A stretch of DNA of 64,000 bases, taken from the NCBI GenBank assembly GCA_026706345.1, contig JAPOYX010000026.1, forward strand, positions 1,863 through 65,862, read 5' to 3'. Positions 31,341 through 39,507 of this stretch are shown here, one piece after another. The position numbers and the translations under genes are program-made. Source of the DNA: Gemmatimonadota bacterium. GTDB lineage: Bacteria; JAAXHH01. Under the pieces are notes generated by a model. It had not been told where the DNA came from and ran no database searches. It saw nothing but the letters and a program-made list of their open reading frames with translations. Each line of letters starts with the position of its first letter. The first letter of the stretch is position 1.

Positions 31341-32672
31341 GAGTCCGATCAGCAGACTGGGCTTCCACACGTGCCGGATGTTGATCTCGTCCGGTGCGAT
31401 GGTCTGCCGCCGTACGACGGCCGCGGCGGCTTCCAGCTCAGCCGCGGCCACCGCGGGCATGGTCTGACCGGTAATCACCCTGAACCGGGCATCGGTCCAG
31501 TACTGTGTCATGGCCGGATAGCCTTCCCCAGGCGGTGTGCCGTAGGTGACGGCCGCGTCCTTCAGCATGGCGGCCAGGTCGGCCATGTCCTCCGACAGGT
31601 TCTCTTCGGATACACCGGCCACGGACACGGGGATGTCGCGCATCCGGGCGAAAAGACCGGCCATGCGCCGGGAGGTCATGAACCGCAGGAACTCGACTCC
31701 GGCAAGCGGGTTGTCGCTATCCTTCATGACGAAATAGTACCCGGAACCGCCGTAGACGGCCGTCGGATCCGCCTTGCCGGTCGGCGCCACCGGCAGGTTG
31801 AAGGACCCCAGGCGGAATCCCTCCGGTATCTTGCCCAGCATCTCGCTCTTGAGCCACGAACCGCAGAAGATCATGGCCGTGTGTCCCAGGAAGAACTCGA
31901 GCTGGGATTCCGTGTGGCTCATGCCCATGGCGCCTGGCTGGAAGTAGTTCAATGCGATCCGCTGCGCGACGGACAGGGCTTCCCCGAATTCGGGATTGTC
32001 GAAACTGCCGGGCACCAGGTTCTTCTGGTCGTCGTACCGGTCAGGCCCGGCGAGGTGGTAGTACGCGTGGTCGATTACGGCCTGCACGTATCCCGGATAC
32101 CGGCCCTGAAAGGCGAGCGGCCACATGCCCGCCGCCCTGATCTCTTCGCAAAGCGCGAAGAACTCCTCCCAGGTGGTGGCGGGCTGCCAGCCGTGTTCCT
32201 CGAAGAGGTTCTTATTGTACCACACGGCGTAGGCCGAGGCCATCAAGGGTACGCTGTAGGTCTTGCCTTCATGGGAATAGCGATCCAGGGTGCCGGGCAG
32301 GAACGATTCGCGCCAGGTGCGGTCGCCCTCCCAGTTGGGCTGATCGAGGAATTCGTCCAGCGGAAGGAGATCGCCGTTGCGGATGAGCGCCCAGTAGTTC
32401 AGCCGGGCATTGGTGACCTCGGGGAAAGACCGTTCCAGGATACGCACCCGCACTTTGTCGTGGATGCGGGGATCTCCGTAGAGGTCGATCTGAACGCCTT
32501 CATGCTCCTGTTCGTAGGTGCGGGCGCATTCGAGGAAGAACTCCAGTCCCTGGCCGCCCTCGAAAAGGGGCACTTCGACGCGGACGGGGGGTTGGTCCCG
32601 CGCTTCGGCAACGGCCGCAACGACCGGTAACGACACGACGATAGCGAGCAGGAGGAAGCGGAACGGGGTCAT
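31341..32672 (-). CDS. ABC transporter extracellular solute-binding protein (family 1, sugar type), N-terminal signal peptide
   Basis: Begins MTPFRFLLLAIVVSLPVVAAVAEA (signal peptide) followed by SBP-like sequence (YGGSGYYFVMKDS etc.). It continues in frame into the permease (one 779-aa ORF in the ORF track). Confidence 0.6.
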
Positions 32673-32878
32673 GGTTGGAGAACCGATGGATTCGAGCCTC
32701 AGAGAACGGTAGAGTAAATGTAGGATACGTGGTATATCCTGTCAACGCCGCCCACTTTGTCCCCTGGCGAGCGCCCCAGGTACGCGCATAAGCGGTTGAC
32801 AGGCGCGGTGCGGCTTTTCTACATTCACCGATTGACTTTCCTACGACGGCGTCACCGCCACCCTACAGGAGCAGATCC

Positions 32879-34018
32879 ATGCGTGAGATCAATTTCGGCG
32901 CGGGAAGACCCGATCCGCAGTCTTTTCCCTCGGACGCGCTGGCAGAGGCTGCCGCGAAGGTCATTTCGAGCCGCGGCGCGGAACTGGTGAATTACCCGGA
33001 CGGACGCGGTTATCAACCCTTGCGGGCCATCGCTTCACACCGATTCGAGCGCGGTACGGGACGGGCGGTGCCCTTGGAGGAGATCGTGCTGACGTCCGGA
33101 TCCATGCAGGCACTCCAGCTGATTACGGACGCCTTCACGTCGCCGGGAGACACGATCGTCACGGAATCCTTCACCTACGGCGGATCGCTGAGCGTGTTCC
33201 GAAGCCGGCAGGTGTGCATCGAGCCGGCCCCGATAGACGACCACGGCCTGGTCACCGATGGACTGGAGACGGTGTTGAAACGGCTCGTCGACTCGGGTAC
33301 GCCACCGAAGTTCATCTATACCATACCCACGCATCACAACCCCACGGGCTCCATCCTGCCGCTGGAACGGCGGGAACGCCTGCTCGAACTGGCCAGGAAG
33401 TTCGACACGCTGGTCGTGGACGACCACTGTTACGGAGATCTGGTGTTCCAGTCCGATCCGGTGCCGCCGAACCTGTACCACCTCGACGAAGACGACCGTG
33501 TCGTGTACGTCGCCTCTTTCTCCAAGATCCTCGGACCGGGCGTACGGCAGGGCTACTTCATGGCGCCGGAGGCGCTGCAGCAGCGGATCATGGCGAACAA
33601 GATGGACGGTGGAACCAACGCGCTGGCGAGCATGATCGTGGCCGAATACCTGGGCGATCACCTCTGGGACCACATCCGCGATGTAAATAAAGTCATGAAG
33701 GCGCGCAAGGACGCGTTAGTCGAGTCGCTGGCGACCCACTTCAGTGATCTGGGCGAGGAAGTATGGTGGACGGATCCGCCCGGCGGCATGTTCGTCTGGG
33801 TGCGGATACCGGCGGCTACGGACACCCGAAAAGCGCTGCAACTGGCCGCCGGACGGGGGGTTTACTACAGCCTCGGGCAGTCCTTCAGCGCCGGGAACGA
33901 GGATATTCCCTACCTGCGCATCGCTTTCGGATTCCCCACGATAGAGGATATCCGCGAAGGCGTGCCTATTCTCGCGGATTGCATTAAAGAAGCCCAGGGC
34001 AAGGACCTGGCGGCGTAG
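32879..34018 (+). CDS. PLP-dependent aminotransferase, class I/II
   Basis: 379-aa ORF with HHNPTGS and the PLP-lysine motif SFSKILGPGVRQGY. Confidence 0.8.
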   Translation: MREINFGAGRPDPQSFPSDALAEAAAKVISSRGAELVNYPDGRGYQPLRAIASHRFERGTGRAVPLEEIVLTSGSMQALQLITDAFTSPGDTIVTESFTYGGSLSVFRSRQVCIEPAPIDDHGLVTDGLETVLKRLVDSGTPPKFIYTIPTHHNPTGSILPLERRERLLELARKFDTLVVDDHCYGDLVFQSDPVPPNLYHLDEDDRVVYVASFSKILGPGVRQGYFMAPEALQQRIMANKMDGGTNALASMIVAEYLGDHLWDHIRDVNKVMKARKDALVESLATHFSDLGEEVWWTDPPGGMFVWVRIPAATDTRKALQLAAGRGVYYSLGQSFSAGNEDIPYLRIAFGFPTIEDIREGVPILADCIKEAQGKDLAA

Positions 34019-34029
34019 AAATGGGTGCG

Positions 34030-34323
34030 TTACTCATCGCCGGACACCCTCAGATACCCCTCGACTCTGCCTAGTCGGGTGTTTATGTTGTCGAGACGAT
34101 TGTTCATATCTCGCATTGCGGTACGGATTTCCGTAAAGTCGATTTGCATTTCAGTTCGGAACGCGGCCAACTCGGTCCGTATCTCATTCCTGAATTCCTG
34201 GTCTTCCCGGTCCAGATATGTAAGCGTAGCGATGAACAAGATGCCCAGGGTTACGATGAACATGCCTACGGCAGTTACGATCTGTGCTCCGAAGGTCCAG
34301 TTATCGCGGGACATCACGGTCAT
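34030..34323 (-). CDS. Small single-TM protein with a C-terminal RLGRVEG coiled-coil motif
   Basis: 97 aa, with TM IVTAVGMFIVTLGILFIATL and C-terminus NINTRLGRVEGYLRV. Paralogous to the next gene. Confidence 0.45.
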   Translation of the reverse strand: MTVMSRDNWTFGAQIVTAVGMFIVTLGILFIATLTYLDREDQEFRNEIRTELAAFRTEMQIDFTEIRTAMRDMNNRLDNINTRLGRVEGYLRVSGDE

Positions 34324-34383
34324 CGTCTGATTCCTTCCATTAGTAAAACCCTCGGAACAAGCGTTTTGGCTTCTTCGGATAAC

Positions 34384-34698
34384 TTAACTGTCCATCATCC
34401 TGCCAGTAATTGGGTTCATGCCTAATTGACCTTCAACTCTTTCCAGCCTTCCTTCAACTCTTTCCAGCCTTCCTTCAACTCTTTCCAGCCTTCCCTCAAC
34501 TCTTCCCAGTCTTCCCTCAACTCTTTCCAACCTTTCATTGATTTCGAACAGTACGCTTTTTATTTCATCAATGGATTCACGAAGTGCTGCCATCTCGCTT
34601 TGATTCATCTGCGAGAACTTCCATGACAGCGTAACTACTGCCAAGAGAACGAGGCATGCAGTCGATACTGAACCTATGACCAAAAGAAGGTTGTCCAT
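34384..34698 (-). CDS. Small single-TM protein with five tandem RLERVEG heptads, encoded by a 21-bp in-frame tandem repeat
   Basis: 104 aa, with TM LLLVIGSVSTACLVLLAVVTL and C-terminus RLERVEGRLGRVEGRLERVEGRLERVEGRLERVEGQLG. The DNA at 34429-34535 is a 21-bp unit in 5 copies. Confidence 0.5.
   Translation of the reverse strand: MDNLLLVIGSVSTACLVLLAVVTLSWKFSQMNQSEMAALRESIDEIKSVLFEINERLERVEGRLGRVEGRLERVEGRLERVEGRLERVEGQLGMNPITGRMMDS
34429..34535. repeat. 21-bp in-frame tandem repeat (5 copies) encoding RLERVEG heptads
   Basis: The unit ccttcaactctttccagcctt is repeated with minor variants. It lies inside the 34384-34698 CDS. Confidence 0.9.
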
Positions 34699-34775
34699 AC
34701 TTGATTGGTCGAAATTGGAACCCCAATCTCGTACCGGTCTGGCAACAAAATCGAAAACGGATCCTGCTTCTCCCT

Positions 34776-35486
34776 CTACACCATCTTCCTTGCCCCATTC
34801 TCGTACCTGACCTCGTAATCACCGTCCGGCACCGGCATAGCCCGCATGGCCAGTTCTCCGTCGGTCACCAGGGGATCGGTCTTAAGCAGCAGTTCGTCCA
34901 GCGACTCCTCCGGAGACTTTTCGGTCGTATCCAGCGTGACGAGATGACCGTTGCGCGTCAGGAGCGATCGGTCTACTTCGTCCTCGAAGCGTTTCTTGAG
35001 ATCCGATATGTCCTTTTCGTCGATGATCTGGTACTCGTGCGGGTCGGTGCGCATGCGCTCGCGGACCGCCTCGTCGTCGGCCGTGAGGTGGATCAACACC
35101 ACGTCGGGCAGCCGGGCTTCCAGCACCAGCACCTCGTAGTGCCGCTGATTGTGGTGGACGTAGTTGGGATAGTAGGGATTCCCCTCCACGCTGCCGTACA
35201 CGTCGCAGTAGATCTTTTCCTCGATGTGCCAGCCAGCGATCAGCGTGTGGGGATAGTTGCGGATGACCTCCACGTGGTAGTGCAACTGCATCCGTTGCAG
35301 GCGTTCTTTCACATCGTCGGGGTAGTGGACGTACTGCGCCCGCGAAACGGGACTCAGGGAAGCGTCCGGGATGGTGAAGTGATCGTCGAGATGCGTCCGG
35401 CGCCGCCGCTTCTGGTAATAGGCGTCCAGGAGATCGATGAGGGTGGACTTGCCGGCATACTCGATACCGACGAAAATGGACCGCAT
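34776..35486 (-). CDS. P-loop NTPase (kinase-like ATP-binding protein)
   Basis: Walker A IFVGIEYAGKSTLIDLL at the N-terminus. Start taken at MRSIFVG (35486). Confidence 0.55.
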   Translation of the reverse strand: MRSIFVGIEYAGKSTLIDLLDAYYQKRRRRTHLDDHFTIPDASLSPVSRAQYVHYPDDVKERLQRMQLHYHVEVIRNYPHTLIAGWHIEEKIYCDVYGSVEGNPYYPNYVHHNQRHYEVLVLEARLPDVVLIHLTADDEAVRERMRTDPHEYQIIDEKDISDLKKRFEDEVDRSLLTRNGHLVTLDTTEKSPEESLDELLLKTDPLVTDGELAMRAMPVPDGDYEVRYENGARKMV

Positions 35487-35622
35487 GCTTTGCTCCTTTC
35501 CACGATAGGATTGATTTGGAATCGGGCCCCGTTTGGCTGCTCGACCGCTTTGTCGCGCGGCTGCGTGGCGGGCCACCTGTATTTTGTTTCCGGCCGTGAA
35601 CCGGACGGTCGGTCCTGGCCGC

Positions 35623-36348
35623 CTAACCCTTCAACATCTCGACCCAGGCATCCACAACCGCCTCGACCATGGCTTCCCCATGGACCGCGTTGGCCGTCCA
35701 GCTGTTCCGGTCCTCCTCCTGGCGGCAGTACCACGGCGCGTTCTCGTCCAGGCGGCCCTGATCCACCAGTTCGGGGCGCGTGGCCAGCAGGAAGGAGGTC
35801 TCGTTGTACCCGGCGTGGTCTCCGCCGGCCGGGGGGGACGACGCCGGAAGGACCATGGGATGTACCTCGACCCGGCCGAACCGGCGAGCCTCCCTGGACA
35901 TCCTGGCATCCGCCCACCATCCCCGCGGTTTGCCTTCGGCCAGGACCATTTCGAAGGAAAGCTCCGCCGCGGCCTTCTTGAAGGCCAGCGCCAGCGGCGC
36001 CTCCATGCCCTGGTGCATGATCATCACGTAGATACGCCGGAAGCCCATCTCCAGGAAGTTGCGCAGGATCGACTTCACGTACGACCCGAAGGATGCGTAG
36101 TCCGGATCGATGGTGCCGTCTTCGGGGCCGCCGAGGGCGTAACCGGTTGGACCGAAATCGAAGGGCGGCGAGATGACTACGTCGAGACGCTCCGCGACCC
36201 GCGCGCAGATCTCCTCCACGATGATCGTATCGTGACCGATGGCCATGTGGGGACCGTGGGTCTCGATGCAGCCGGCGGGAACCAGCAGCGGGTCGCCCCG
36301 TTCCACCGCCTCGCGCAACTGGTGGGGACGCATGAGTTTCATGTACAT
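35623..36348 (-). CDS. Creatininase (creatinine amidohydrolase) family protein
   Basis: Conserved creatininase-fold motifs LVPAGCIETHGPHMAIGHD, GGPEDG and MIMHQG. Start taken at an internal Met (36348) because the longer ORF would overlap the upstream PhyH gene. Confidence 0.7.
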   Translation of the reverse strand: MYMKLMRPHQLREAVERGDPLLVPAGCIETHGPHMAIGHDTIIVEEICARVAERLDVVISPPFDFGPTGYALGGPEDGTIDPDYASFGSYVKSILRNFLEMGFRRIYVMIMHQGMEAPLALAFKKAAAELSFEMVLAEGKPRGWWADARMSREARRFGRVEVHPMVLPASSPPAGGDHAGYNETSFLLATRPELVDQGRLDENAPWYCRQEEDRNSWTANAVHGEAMVEAVVDAWVEMLKG

Positions 36349-36371
36349 GGGATTCTGTCCGGCGGGGTGGA

Positions 36372-37220
36372 TCAGGCTTCTATGGTATGCGTGTGCTGCG
36401 CCACGTCGAGTCCGTGCCGATCTGCCCATCCCCGGATGGCCCAGTCGATACCGTCGGGCGCGTCGCGTCCTTCGGAATCCACGGTGCCTCCCAGCAACTG
36501 GCGTCCGATGTCGTCGGTCCTCTTGAGCAGATTGGCATCGGGCTGCGGCGCGTCGTTGTAGAACCGCATGTAGTGATCGGGCTTGATCCAACGGTAGTGA
36601 TAGCCGTAGATGACGACCTTGGCGATCTGCTTCGTGAAATTCAATCCGGCCGCATGGTAGGTCCGGTTTTCGAAAAGGAAAGCGTCGCCTGCCCGAAGGA
36701 CCGGCTGCACGTATTCGTCCGGATGGACGTGCCCCTTTCGTATCGGCAGCGCGGACTTCATGTTGTTGCTGCCTTGCACGAACATGGTCGCCCCGGTGTC
36801 CGGGCCGGGGAAATCCGTCAGGCAATAGCCGATCTTGAGGCCGACGAACGGAAGCAACACGTGGCCGACGTCCAGTGAAACGCCCACGTCGCGGTGCCAG
36901 TTGACCTGGTCGGTATCCCCGGGCGCCTCCGGGTGCTTGTAGATGAGCGCGGTGTTCGTGATATGGATATTGAAGCCGAGGAGGGCGACGATCAGCGGGA
37001 CCGTGCGCTCGTTCGTTACGAGGTCCAGGAAGGGCTGTTCCTGCACGAGACCGGGACGGCGATGGGCGTAGAAGTCGGGGTACTCGAACCCGTCCATGAG
37101 CCGGTCGCCCGTCTCCGTCAGCGCTTCGATCTGAGCAGGATCCAGCGCGCCCTGGACGATCAGGTAGCCGTCCTCTTCAAAGGAACGTCGTTGGGACTCG
37201 GTCAGAGGCGTGGGATGCAT
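36372..37220 (-). CDS. Phytanoyl-CoA dioxygenase (PhyH) family oxygenase
   Basis: 282-aa ORF with a PhyH-like HxD...H pattern (NWHRDVG ... RTYHAAGLN). Confidence 0.7.
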   Translation of the reverse strand: MHPTPLTESQRRSFEEDGYLIVQGALDPAQIEALTETGDRLMDGFEYPDFYAHRRPGLVQEQPFLDLVTNERTVPLIVALLGFNIHITNTALIYKHPEAPGDTDQVNWHRDVGVSLDVGHVLLPFVGLKIGYCLTDFPGPDTGATMFVQGSNNMKSALPIRKGHVHPDEYVQPVLRAGDAFLFENRTYHAAGLNFTKQIAKVVIYGYHYRWIKPDHYMRFYNDAPQPDANLLKRTDDIGRQLLGGTVDSEGRDAPDGIDWAIRGWADRHGLDVAQHTHTIEA

Positions 37221-37447
37221 GGTGTGGTCCGGGGATGTCCGAAATGCGTGATACCGTCACTCGGTGAATGGATCTTTTAAGCTGTACAATTGTACAACGA
37301 TAAAGCGTCAGGCACCGCGGAGGCAATCGTGCAAGGTGATCCGTTGCAGCGAGACTTTCCGGTCTGACGGATATTCATCATTATATGCCGGCGCATTCGG
37401 AGCGCAAGGCGGAAATGGCCGTCGCAGACGCAAGGCGGAATTGGCCG

Positions 37448-38029
37448 TCACAGCGGCAACCGCCAGATCAACTGGATCTCTTCAGGGAACTCCGCGTAGG
37501 CGCGTTCGATGATGGCGCTTAGCCGGCATCCCTGGCGGGCGTAGAACCGGCACGCGGGCACGTTGGTATTCTGGGTCTCTATTTTCATCTCGACGCAGCC
37601 GTGGCGCCGCGCCCATTCAACGGATGCTTCAAAGAGCCGGCGTCCCACACCGGCCCCGCGACAGTCCGGGTGCACACGGAAGTCCCACAGCACCGCCAGG
37701 TCGTCCCGTCCCTCCAGCATATTCACGTTCGCCGTACGCCGGGCCAGCACCGCTCCGCCCACGCGCCGGGAACCTTCGTAGGCCGCGAGCAGTCCCCACG
37801 CCGACGTGTCCCAGTCCCACCGTCGGAGCCATCGGGCGGGGCCCTCTTCAGACGTGGCGTCGTAGTCCTTCAAGTAAGGGGGATCAACCGGCTCTTCCAC
37901 CAATCTGATGCCGCCCAGGCCGCTTTCCGTCGGTTCGGGCCTCAGGCGCGATGTCACCTCGTAGGCGATCGGCACGTCGCCGTGTTCGGCCAGACGGGGT
38001 AAGGTTAAGGGTTCTTCGACGATCTTCAC
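37448..38029 (-). CDS. GNAT family N-acetyltransferase
   Basis: Acetyl-CoA binding motif HPDCRGAGVGRRLFEASVEWARRHG. Confidence 0.75.
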   Translation of the reverse strand: MKIVEEPLTLPRLAEHGDVPIAYEVTSRLRPEPTESGLGGIRLVEEPVDPPYLKDYDATSEEGPARWLRRWDWDTSAWGLLAAYEGSRRVGGAVLARRTANVNMLEGRDDLAVLWDFRVHPDCRGAGVGRRLFEASVEWARRHGCVEMKIETQNTNVPACRFYARQGCRLSAIIERAYAEFPEEIQLIWRLPL

Positions 38030-38037
38030 GGCGGCAT

Positions 38038-38212
38038 GACCAGCGTTTCACCACGGCGATCTTCAAAATCAACGTGGCATCTACCTGGTTTCACCATAAC
38101 GGTGTGTTCGGATTTTCGCCACGGCGATCGGCACGATCCGCATGGCTTCTACCTATGGTTTGCCGCCGCGATAACCACGACGGCATGCTCAGAGTTTCGC
38201 CACGGCGATGGT
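38038..38212. repeat. Recurring 14-15-mer tttcgccacggcgat (3 copies) within imperfect longer repeats, between the GNAT gene and the 3' end of the receiver-PP2C gene
   Basis: tttcaccacggcgat at about 38041, tttcgccacggcgat at about 38107, and tttcgccacggcgat at about 38197. Flanking segments (ggcatctacctggtttcacc / ggcttctacctatggtttgcc) are also repeated. Confidence 0.6.
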
Positions 38213-39352
38213 CATGTCGTCCAGCAGCGGGACGCCCTGGCAGAACGCCTCCAGGGCATTGATGATCCGCTGCCTCAATTCGGGCGGCGATTCCTGTCCG
38301 TGGGATTCCACCAGGGCCTGCAACCGGTCTTCTCCGAATATGTCCCCCGCGGCGTTTTCCGCTTCGACGATCCCGTCCGAGAAGAGGACCATCACGTCGC
38401 CCGGAGACCAGGACCGCTCGACGACCGGAAAGGCCATGTCCGCGTCTACGCCGAGCGGCAGTCCGGTCGATTCCATCGGTTCGGCTTTCCCGGTCTCCGC
38501 GCGGTAGTGGAAGGGGAAATGATGGCCGGCGTTGGCGTAGAAGAAACCGCGGGTCGACGGATCGATCAGGATGTAGCACGCCGTCATCAACCGCCAGTCC
38601 GGTCCGGTCGTCTGCACGATCCGGTTGAGGGCATCCATGACCGGCGCCACGTCCGGGTCTATCCGGGTCTGCGTGGACCGGCAACTGCACGCCACGGCCA
38701 TGATCAGGCTCGCGTCGAACCCGTGTCCGGTCACGTCGCCGATCAGCAGTCCGACCCGGTCATCGGGCAGTACGAAGTAGTCGTAGTAGTCGCCTCCCAC
38801 GTTCTCGGCCGGGCGGCAGTACCCGCTGAAATGCATGCCGGCGTGATGCAGGTCCCCGGGGGGCAGCAGGGATTGCTGGATTTCGTAGGCGCGCTGCAGG
38901 TCCTGCTTGATACGTTCGTCCGCCTTGATCTGCTCCTGGGCTGCCTCGAGCTGTTTCAGGCGGCGGGTTTCCACGGCCCGGTGGATGGTCGTGATCAGCA
39001 GGCCGGTGGCGTCGTCGGCGGCGCGGCCCGACTTCTCCACGTAGCTGAAGGCGCCGGTCTCCATGCACTTGACGATGTTGGCGTGGGTGCCGTAGGCCGT
39101 CAACACGATGCATTCGGGAGGCGAGTCGCAGGCCCTGATGCCCCGGATCGCGTCCAGTCCGCCCTCCCGGTCCGTTTCGATCCACATGTCGACGACCGCC
39201 ACTTCCACGGCGCCGCGGGCGTCCCTGATCTTGTCGACGCAATCCTCCACGCCGGTGACGCAGATCACGTCGAAGGCGCCTTCAAGATCAAGAGTGACCG
39301 CGTCCAGCATGGCGGTGTCGTCGTCGAGGAGGAGAACGAGGGGTTTCGTCAT
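38189..39352 (-). CDS. Response regulator receiver domain fused to PP2C-type (SpoIIE/RsbU-like) serine phosphatase
   Basis: N-terminal receiver LVLLLDDDTAMLDAV...D. C-terminal PP2C motifs GGDYYDYF, DVTGHGFDASLIMA and LFSDGIVEA. Confidence 0.85.
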   Translation of the reverse strand: MTKPLVLLLDDDTAMLDAVTLDLEGAFDVICVTGVEDCVDKIRDARGAVEVAVVDMWIETDREGGLDAIRGIRACDSPPECIVLTAYGTHANIVKCMETGAFSYVEKSGRAADDATGLLITTIHRAVETRRLKQLEAAQEQIKADERIKQDLQRAYEIQQSLLPPGDLHHAGMHFSGYCRPAENVGGDYYDYFVLPDDRVGLLIGDVTGHGFDASLIMAVACSCRSTQTRIDPDVAPVMDALNRIVQTTGPDWRLMTACYILIDPSTRGFFYANAGHHFPFHYRAETGKAEPMESTGLPLGVDADMAFPVVERSWSPGDVMVLFSDGIVEAENAAGDIFGEDRLQALVESHGQESPPELRQRIINALEAFCQGVPLLDDMTIAVAKL

Positions 39353-39375
39353 GGCGTCTGCCGTTCAGCCCGCCC

Positions 39376-39507
39376 GAGCGGTTCACTGGTCCGTCGGTCG
39401 GAGCCGACTGTGCCCGTCAGAGCGGTCCATCGGTTCATCGGTCTGAACCGACTGTGCCCGTCAGAGCGGTTCACCTGTTCACCGGTCGGAGCCGCCTGTG
39501 CCCGCTA
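39376..39507. repeat. Three imperfect tandem repeats of about 44 bp between the histidine kinase and response-regulator/phosphatase genes
   Basis: gagcggttcactggtccgtcggtcggagccgactgtgcccgtca, gagcggtccatcggttcatcggtctgaaccgactgtgcccgtca and gagcggttcacctgttcaccggtcggagccgcctgtgcccgcta. The last copy overlaps the 3' end of the kinase CDS. Confidence 0.8.

Noticed and set aside
30885-32630. 581-aa plus-strand ORF antisense to the ABC solute-binding-protein and permease genes
   Set aside because: It fully overlaps a gene with clear transporter motifs on the opposite strand. Long antisense ORFs are expected by chance at about 65% GC, and the translation is Arg/Gly/Pro-rich junk.
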